Source: the human T2T-CHM13v2.0 reference genome, Homo sapiens
Direction: 5' to 3' (one strand)
Assembly (NCBI RefSeq): GCF_009914755.1
Contig: NC_060933.1
Length of the DNA stretch: 64,000 nucleotides
In this document: positions 53,195 to 64,000 of the stretch, one piece after another
Numbering within the stretch: position 1 is the stretch's first letter
How the letters are laid out: each line of letters starts with the position of its first letter
Position numbers and translations under genes: made by a program
The notes under the pieces: model-generated
The model's input: the letters and a program-made list of their open reading frames with translations, nothing else
Told to the model about the DNA's origin: nothing
The model's database searches: none

Positions 53195-54690
53195 ACATTT
53201 TTAATAACTTCTTATTTGGAAATAATTATAGATTCACAAATAGTTGCAAAAATATGTATAGGGTGGTCCCATGCGCCCTTTACCCAACCTCCTCCAATGA
53301 TAACATCTTGCACAACTATAGTACATCATTAAAACTAGGAAGTTGGCATTGGTACAATCTATGGAACTCATTCAGATTTCACCAGTTATATGTGCACCTA
53401 TTTGTGTTTGTGCATAGTGTGTATGTAGTTCTATGCAGTTTAATTATATGTGTAGCTTCATGTAACCACCACTGCAATCAAGATAATTAACTATAACATC
53501 ATCACAAGACTCCCTTGTGCTATCCCTTTAGGTCTACACCCATTCCCACACCTGCCTGCTAATCCCTGGCAACCACTATTCTGTTATCAATTTCTACAAT
53601 TTCATAAATGTTATATAAATGGAATAATGTCATATGTATACTTTTCAGGTTTGCTTTTTCCATTTGGGATAATTTCCTTAGGGTCTAAGTTATTGTCTGT
53701 ATCAACAATTTGTTCCTTTTTATTTAGTAATATTTCATGGTATGGATATACCACAGTTTAATGATCTGCATGTTGAAAGGCATTTTGGATAGTTTACCAT
53801 TTTGGGCTATTGTCACGAAAGCTGCTATGAACATTCATGTATGAGTTTCTGTGTAACTATGTTTCATTTATCTGGGATATATGCCCAAGAGTACAATTGC
53901 TGGATCATACAATAAGACCATGCTTTTGTTTTAAAAAACTGCCAAACTATTTTCCAGAGTGCTGTACCATTTTACATTCTTACCAGCAATGTGTGAGTGA
54001 TGAAGTGTTTCTGCTTTCTAGTAGCAATTGATATGATCACTATTTTGAAATTTTATTCTTTCTAAAGGTGCCGTGATATCTCATTGTGGTATCATAGTTG
54101 TTTATTTTCATTTTTATTTTTGTAAAGACAGTGTCTCACTATGTTGCCCAGGCTGGTCTTGTACTCCTGGGCTCAAGTAATGCTCCCACCTGGGCCTCCC
54201 AAATCGCTGGGGTTACAGGCGATCAACTTTATTGCAGTATTAGCATGAGTTTCTGTAATGGCTTATGATGTTGAACATCTTTTCGTGTGCTTATTTGCCA
54301 TTTGTGTATCTCTTCAGTGAAATGTTTGTGCATATATTTTGCCATTTTCTAATTGGATTGTTTGTTTCCTTAATGTTATGTTTTATGGGTTCCTTGTATA
54401 TTCTAGATACAAGTCCTTTGTTAGACACGTGGTCTGCAAATATTTTCCCCCTGTCTTTAATGTGTACTTTCATTCTCTAAAAAATGGTTTCTGACAGAGT
54501 AAAAGTTTTTAATTTTGATGAGGTTGAATTTTATCAAATTTTCCTTTTATGGATCAGTTTTAGGTAGCAAGTCTAAGAATTCCTTGCCTGGTGTTGGGAG
54601 CTGAATATTTTCTATTTTTTTCCTAGATGTTTTATAATTTTATGTCATGGTCTATTTTTTGCCTATGGCTTTTCCATTGCTATTATGCCC
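53195..54690 (-). mobile_element. L1M (L1MA/MB-like) 3' region with a FLAM inserted at ~54100-54220
   Basis: gctgctatgaacattcatgt, aaactgccaaactattttccagagtgctgtaccattttacattc, atattctagatacaagtcctttg. Confidence 0.85.
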
Positions 54691-54841
54691 TATATTTATT
54701 TATTTATCTGTACCTCAATGGATGCAAATATACCCATTTTAAAGATTGGGGTAAAAGGCTGAGTGAGGTTAACTAACTTGCCCACAGCAATACAGGTAGT
54801 ATGGAAGGTACTGGGATTGAAATGCAGGCAATCTAACTTGA

Positions 54842-55195
<354 letters not shown>

Positions 55196-56741
55196 TAAGG
55201 CATATCTCTTTGCATTCCCCAAGTAAACATAAAACACACTGATTTCACCCTCTATGTGGGACAGAACAAAACGTATTCAGAAAATAGAAGTCATCTAATC
55301 TTTATAGAACTTTTTAGGGAAACCTGGAGCTTTAATCATTATCATTGCTTTGAACAAAAAGTACATAATTTAAAAAATAAGTGATTATTTTCAATGTCAT
55401 GCATCCCTCTAATCTTATTAAGACAAGAGTTATCTAATCTTATAAAGCATAAAATAAAAAAATAGAGATGAAATTGAGATCTACCATTAAGTAAGGTTAC
55501 CACTCAATTTTTGCTGATGAAGTAGTAATGGATTGATGATGCTGGAGATTCACCCTTAAAATAAAAATTCTGGTTCCAGACAGTAGCTGTGGTTTCCTAG
55601 GACATATCTTATCTGTTATCTGTCAATAGAACAACGGAAATTGTGCACTACTGAAAACAGATGTAGCCTCACATTCACAGAGATGGAAAAGATGTGCTCT
55701 GGAAGTCCTCACTGCGTTACTGTCAAATGAAGCCAGGAGGTACTGATATTATATATTACAGTCAGCACCAACTTCTTGGCCTAATGTTCAGCACTATTTT
55801 CATTGTTGGAATTAAAAATCTGTTCTAGAATTGGGGGAAAAATGACATGAGAAATATCCCATCAAAAAGCTTTTTTTCCTAATTACTATTGGCTCTGAAA
55901 TTTTGGCTTTAGCCATTAGAAACTTCTCAAGATGGTTCTGGTGGGCATTTTGTTTTGTAGCAGGTCCCATAGTACAAGCTTATTGCCCAGAGAGGATCTT
56001 AAATGCTGTTAATAATCATACAATATTGTATAATATTATCACCAGAAGTTTACTACTTACTAAATTATAGGAGCATTGGATATCTTTGGAAAGGATTTAA
56101 TTAAATTACAACAAAAAATATCCTGGACCTATGGGAAAATGACACTTGCCAATGAAAGAAAACCCAGTCCCAAAGTGAAAGACCGTGCTTATATTGACAT
56201 TTCTCTCAAAATAATGAGATTTCATTCTCCAAGTTCTTACAATAAAAAATTTCAAACATAGGAAAAGCTCAGAATAGCCAGAGTTCCACCATTAGATTCA
56301 TTTTTAACATTTTCTATGTTGGCTTTATCAATATGTCTATATTAATAATTCTTTATGAGTAATTTTAAAGTAAACTGCAGATGCCACGACATCTTTGCCT
56401 TTAAACGTTTCATATGTTTATCTTCTCAGGATATGGACAGTCTTCTATATAGTCATAACAACCATGTGTGTACATTTTGTATGTATGCAGTAGGTGACTT
56501 GTTGCCTTAGCAGGTTAACGTCTGCTACTGGTGTGTATTTTTTGACATGGTTAATTTTCTTGGTGTTTACACTTTCGTCCCCATGGTTAGTTATTAAATA
56601 TATGTAATACAAAGTATCTGTTTTATTTGTTAAGATCTCCTTCCTTCCCTACTTTGCAACCAACCCCTGAGGGCAAATCAACAAAAATCATTTAGTTCAT
56701 TAAAAACAAAGTTGCTCTAGACAAAAGTACCCATTTGCTGA

Positions 56742-57343
<602 letters not shown>

Positions 57344-57526
57344 AGTACTAGGGTTTTTAATTTGGAAACTATAGTCTGAATTTAGGTGGGGGGACAGTTT
57401 GTGAAATTTCTGACACCGTCTAGTTTTGTGTGTATACAAACTTTTAGGAGGCAGCGGGAAGAGTGTCCATAACTTCCATCGGAGTCTTAAAAGTGTCCAT
57501 GACCCTAAAAAGGTTAAGAATAATTG

Positions 57527-57657
57527 ATTTAAGTCTTTCAAAATACCCTTTGGAAGCTGGAAAATACTAATTGGAATAATTATTTGGAATGTTATTTGGA
57601 AAAACTATTTGGAATATCTTCCAGCATCCAAAGGGTATGTATCTTGAAAGCCTAAAT
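57527..57657. repeat. Inverted repeat (~40-bp arms) enclosing tandem tatttggaa units
   Basis: 57543-57566 matches the reverse complement of 57615-57638 at 22 of 24 positions. Confidence 0.88.
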
Positions 57658-57958
57658 AATATCCAAATAATACTAATAGCATTAGTATCAAATGCTAACT
57701 GACGGAAAGGAGGAATTCCAAAAGGACCCGTCTAGCCCATCCAATTGACAGCCTGGTGCCACTGAAATGGGTTCTGGCACAGGCAAAGAACAGAGTAGAA
57801 GGCAGCACAGAGCATTTTACTCACACTGACAAGTTCTCAATTAGTTCAAGCTCTTCAGGAAAAAGATCTGAATGTCACTGCAGATGGTCCAACTCTATTC
57901 AGTGGGCAGAGACTGGGCAGGGTGCCGGAGGTCTGCCCTGGGCATCAGGCACCAATGG

Positions 57959-58041
57959 TGCCCAACTGTGTTTGTTCTAACTGTTGCCCGACTGTGTTTT
58001 TTCTAACTGTTGCCCGACTGTGTTTGTTCTAACTATTGCCC
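57959..58041. repeat. 26-bp minisatellite, ~3.2 copies (tgcccRactgtgtttKttctaactRt)
   Basis: Units start at 57959, 57985, 58011 and 58037 (partial). Confidence 0.93.
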
Positions 58042-61000
58042 CTCTGTAGGCTTTGGTAGTCTTGAGGGTGGTTTACATCTGTGATTGCATTCACCTTGAA
58101 AAAACACACAAGGGGGAAGCAGAAAAACCCAAAACAAATAAGAAAAAGTCTCCTTTTTACCTGACTGGTCATTTTGGAAATGGGTGCACTTCCTTGTAAG
58201 TACCAAAGGAAATAAAGGCATGGAGAAGTAGTACCAGGCACAGTGCGTGGTGTTTTTAAGTAGTTGTTCCCTAGTTTTAGAATGATCAGTATCTCCTTAG
58301 CTTCTTTGTTTCACAGCTGGAAGGAAGTGAAGCTCAAAGTGATGGAGCAACCGGATGGTGTAAAGACAGCGTTTACTCAGTGAGCAGGGCTGAGATTAGA
58401 ACCTGTGTTGGTAAAATGCCATTTCCCATCACACTTTGTTGTTTTATAAATATGCGGTGGGAGAGGACAGGTGTGGAATACACAAATGCAAAAGAACAAT
58501 CAACCAGTGAAGTCCACCTGTATTGGGGGGTCGTTTGCTTGCTGTGCTTTATTTTGTGCTAGCTTCTGTTGAAAAATGTACAGTGAGAGAGAAATCAATA
58601 GCACTTAGCATTCAAATTACTTGACTTACATGCATTATTCATTTAATATTTATAGCTCCATAAGCATTCTCAATCCATTTTACTGCTGGAGAAAGAGAGG
58701 CTCAGTAAGAAGAGTAAATAGCCCAAGGCCTCAGATGCAATACCTTGTAAAGTTGGGGGCCATACCCAGGGCTGTCTGGCTCTCATCCCTGCAGGCTTGA
58801 GGTTATAGGTCAGGTGAGATTGGAGAATTGTTAGCCTCTGGGTGGACACAGACTTTCAGACCATTGGAGAGCACTGAGTTGGAGAAAAAGGTTATTTTCC
58901 TCCATTTGAGCCCTATTATAGTCAATGCACACATTCTTGACTAGTTTTACAGGAAATCAAATTTTAGTAAGTTGAATTTACCTTTATTGCCAACGGATAT
59001 TCATTTGGCAGATGATTATAACACTTTCTTTTTACCTGCTCTCTCTATTGAATACAAAATCCACAACTAAGCATTTAAACAACCTGGGGGAGCTAAGGGA
59101 ATTTCTATTTTGTTTGTTTTCTTGGTAATGGAACAGTTATTTCCCATTGAGTTAGACTGTGACATTTTTATTTCTAATATTAAATATTAAAAATAGAGTA
59201 TAATTCAAAAGGGTAAAGCTATGGGATGACACTCAGAATAAGGGGAAATATTTTAAAGAGTCCTGACTCTACCAATGACTAGTTCTGTGGCCCTCACTAG
59301 TTACTGGAGGACTCTAAGCCTCAGTACCTACACATATTAAAATGTGGATGACAGCTATCTCAGAGGGTTGTTTAATCATCAGATTAAATAAGATGACATA
59401 CGTAAAATTCCTGGATCCCTACAGGCACTCAATAAACAGATATAAGAAAATAAAATAAGAATCTCCAACTGGAGCAATTAGCTATCTAAACTTGGAGATG
59501 GCAGGTAGCCAGGTCAGAATTTCTACCTTTGAACAAATCCTGAATTGCTCTGAAGCTTAGGCCAAGAATTTCAGTTTATTTCAGTTTCACATAAATATGA
59601 AGAACAGAGCAAGTCAATCATTATCATCCCAGATGGGAACATAATCTGCTTCAATTTCTCCATGGTCTTATCAAATGATCGCTATTCTGCATTTGCAAGT
59701 GGTTTTTTTCCCCCAACACAAAAATTCTCTCCCACAGATCTTCATTCCCTCTCCTCCTCCATAATAACCTTGTTAAAAAGCACCACTTTATTATAGGTAA
59801 TTGAGTGGATTTTCTAACTTTATTAGCTAATTGTGGTAGTTTGCAAAATGGCTGCAATTCTTCTCTTCCCTATAATGAAGTCCTTTTGCAATGGTGACTT
59901 TTCAGGTCCCTCTATCAGTAGGTAAAGTTTGTTTTCCTTCCCCTTGTTTTGGATTAATCTTGTGACGCTTTGGGCAACAGAATATGGTGGAAGTTCTCAG
60001 CTTAGTCCTCAAGAAGCCTTGCATGCCCGCAGATGGTCCTTATACCTCTGCCCAGCTGCCATTTGAACAAGCCTGGGGTGCCCGGCCAGCTGCCCCCCAC
60101 CATGCCAGCCATCATCTGGTCAGAGGACAGAACTTACAACTAAACAGGGAGGCAGATATTTTGGGGCTGTGTATGTGCATGGGACACGCCCAGGTGTTTT
60201 TCTCACCGATAATCTTGTATGGACATATGGGTCACTTTAGTAATATCTGGATAACCTATTTCCATCTGTAATGATGACAGCATTTTGCCTTAGCAATTCT
60301 CAAGTCTCACATAGGGAAACTGAGACAGACACATCTCCTCTAGTATAAAAGCTTGGCTAAGATGAGAGCCAATAGTTTATAAGCTCTGCTGAATTCATTT
60401 ATTCACAATGTTATAGTCACAGAGGAAGCAAACCAACCTTTAAAACATAAGGCATAGTAGAGGGAGGAAAGACTAAGAGAAAGAAAACAGTTTTTTGTTA
60501 ACTTGGAAAACCTACAAATATTTATTCTGTTAATCAAGCCCCAAACCATATGCCCTCTTAAAAATATGTTTGTGAATGGATTTCTAAGATCCTTCATGCT
60601 TCAGCATAGTAACTTGAGTTTATTAGATGAATGAAGAAATTAAAACTGCCTGGTTCTTTCAGTTGATAACCTAATAAATAAGGAAAATCTTTTTTCTCTG
60701 TTGAAATCACAAAATAAAATTATGATCATAACATATTTAAGCAGTCAAAAAGCATGATGTCTTATACAATTTTAATCTGCCTGGAACCTTTCCATGAAAG
60801 CATCATCAGTTTTATCTAAAAATGGCTCTCCTGCTGTTATTAAACCATGTGCCTTGCTGAGTACTCACTGCATAAAGAAGAGCAGATTCATTTGGAAAAT
60901 AAGTTGAATCTTTATCTTTTCAGATATTAAAGTTGGGTGCCTTTCTCTCTGTACTGCTATAAAAAACACCTTCATATTACTTGGGTTTATTTTAAGTTGT

Positions 61001-61096
61001 TTAAAAAATTTTGAAAGCATAAACTAATATTTATGTTTTCTGACCACAAAAGCTACACAAGTTGACTGGAAAGTATAGGCGTTGATACGGGGTTGG

Positions 61097-61499
61097 CAGA
61101 GCCAGGACAAGGATGAGATGAATGCCTCACTTTGTCTCCTGGACAAAATTTAAGGCAGTCCAAAAAACTCAGTATTATAGATAAATAACATAATGCAATA
61201 TTTCAAAAAATAAATATTAGTGCAAAATAAAATCTACAATGAACAAAATGTCAAGATTTTAAGTAAAGACAGCTCTTACCTTGCACTTGAATCTTCCCTA
61301 CTCATCTTACCCTAATCCTGGCCCTGGTTTCAATAAAACTTTATTTACAAGAATAAGCAGCTGGTTCATGAGCTGTAGTTTGCTAATTTGTTTCTTTAAA
61401 TATTGCATTAAAATATTTATTTTGATGACCAAGATTTTGGGTACCCCCTTAAATTTTGTGCCTGAGTGCCATCCTCACCTTACCCTAATTCCAGCCCTG
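61097..61499. mobile_element. MER96B-like hAT DNA transposon with long inverted ends
   Basis: cagagccaggac...aaaatttaagg...aaaaaactcagta / ccttaaattttgtgcctgag...ccagccctg. Confidence 0.8.
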
Positions 61500-62040
61500 G
61501 GTGTTATCTTCTATTCTAAGTTCAAATGGTAAGCTAATGAAAGTTTTAAAGCAAATGACTGATAGGATTTGATTTAAGTTATACAAGTGGGCTTTGGTTG
61601 CTGTGTAGTTTGGCGGGAGATCAAAAGTGGGGACTGGGAGAATAGTTAGGAGGCTGATGCGTCAGTCTAGTGATTTTGCTCTGGTCCAGACCAAGTCACC
61701 AAAGACCATTCAGATGTAAAGATGGTGGCCACTTCCCTGTCTGCATATCTACGTGACATCTCAGCATTTGTCTTACTCCTGTTGATTCTCTCATGGTTGT
61801 CCCTCTACTTTACTGACTTCTCAGTCTTGGGAACTCTGCCCTCTTGTGTTCTCACACAATCCCTTGGCCTTAAATTCCATCAACAGAATCTCTAGTTCTG
61901 AATTTGTCTCCTCCAAACATGCATATCCAATTCCAATTGCCAACTCACCATTTCTATTGAATGTCTAGTGGGCATAATAAACTTAACAAAACCAAAGTTC
62001 ACTTTCAAAGATGTCTTTCTCTCTGTGCTGTTTGGATTAG

Positions 62041-62596
<556 letters not shown>

Positions 62597-63150
62597 TAGG
62601 GTAGAGTCTGACTCGGTGGAAGGAGCAGTCGTTGGGAGGGAGGGGAAGTGTGTGTGAGTAGGAGTGTTAAATTCCCAGGTCAGGGTATAGCGAGAGACTG
62701 GCTTGGCTTTGGGGAGGTGAAAGCTGCAGGGTGGAGAGAGCTGGAATATGCCTGGGCCTCTCCAGGTGGGACAGAGACTAGGAGATGTCCCAGCTTTTAC
62801 GCTTACACACACATTCTCTCTCATCCTACCAGCTGGGTCTGCACAGCTGGACCTGGGACCAGAGGAGGAAATACGCCAGCAGATCTTAGTAGGTACAGCT
62901 AGTTGGTATTAGAGGGAGCAGAGTGATCTCAGTGAAGATGTGCCCAGTCATCAGTCTGGCAGGGGCCAGAGCAGACAGGGTTGGTGACAAAGCTCAGCTG
63001 GAGCTCAGCATGTATGAGTTTAGCATCCATGGCCTACACAGGGCTGACACCAGCTGGCAGTGTACAAAAATCACAGGGTCAATTTTCCAAGCTAAGCGTA
63101 TACTGTACACTCCTCTGAGAACCAAGTTCACTAATGCAGAGGCCACTTAA

Positions 63151-63565
<415 letters not shown>

Positions 63566-64000
63566 AGTATTCTTTTTTTTTTTTTTTTTTTAACATATCT
63601 GAATGAATTCATCAATCGTCTGCCTTATAAAAAATCAGTGGATTTATTCAGTGATAAAAACCAGTAAATTTTAATTTAGTAACTACTGATTTTGCATGCT
63701 TTTTGCATATCAAATGTAAGTTGTCAGGACCCTATTAATATGAATATTTTATCTAAATGTTACCCATTTAAAAATTATAAATATTTGTCTTACTCATACC
63801 TGCATTTTACTAAACTCATTATCTATAGTATAAAACTATTACCTATAATCTCTCTTTCCCACTGAACTATCTGCAGAGATCAAAGGACCCATTATTCAGG
63901 CCAGATGTTTTCATGTTTTTTAAAATTAATCTTGTTTGTATAAAGTATATTTAGCTTATTTTTTGACAAGTCCCTGATATTCCAGACTTAATGGGTACCA

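Noticed and set aside
61097-61499. Large imperfect inverted repeat
   Set aside because: Explained by the MER96B-like transposon's own inverted ends.

Overview
This is primate, most likely human, genomic DNA: it contains AluY, AluS and AluJ elements, a young L1HS/L1PA2-type 3' end and an LTR12. The window appears to lie entirely inside SLC24A2 (NCKX2, the K+-dependent Na+/Ca2+ exchanger 2), transcribed on the minus strand. I found three short coding exons of the large cytoplasmic loop, each with canonical AG/GT boundaries: 42871-42833 (39 nt, PSAARDKDEPTLP), 40264-40156 (109 nt, AKPRLQRGGSSASLHNSLMRNSIFQLMIHTLDPLAE) and 17856-17806 (51 nt, the known cassette ELGSYGKLKYYDTMTEE). Everything else is intron filled with Alu, FLAM, L1, L2, MIR, L3, MLT1, LTR12, hAT MER elements and microsatellites, and nearly all supplied ORFs are noise or repeat-derived. 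I see no new multi-gene system. The most unusual structures are: (1) a chimeric ~400-bp insert inside an L2, built from two templates that lie on either side of the 109-nt exon; (2) a candidate alternative last exon or poison exon at ~19.8-19.9 kb with an in-frame stop and poly(A) signals; (3) two interrupted long palindromes at 45.8 kb and 57.5 kb; (4) a strong cryptic 5' splice site next to a UG repeat (TDP-43-type layout); (5) an antisense LTR12 with nine CCAAT boxes. Repeat subfamily calls and many repeat boundaries are by eye and approximate.
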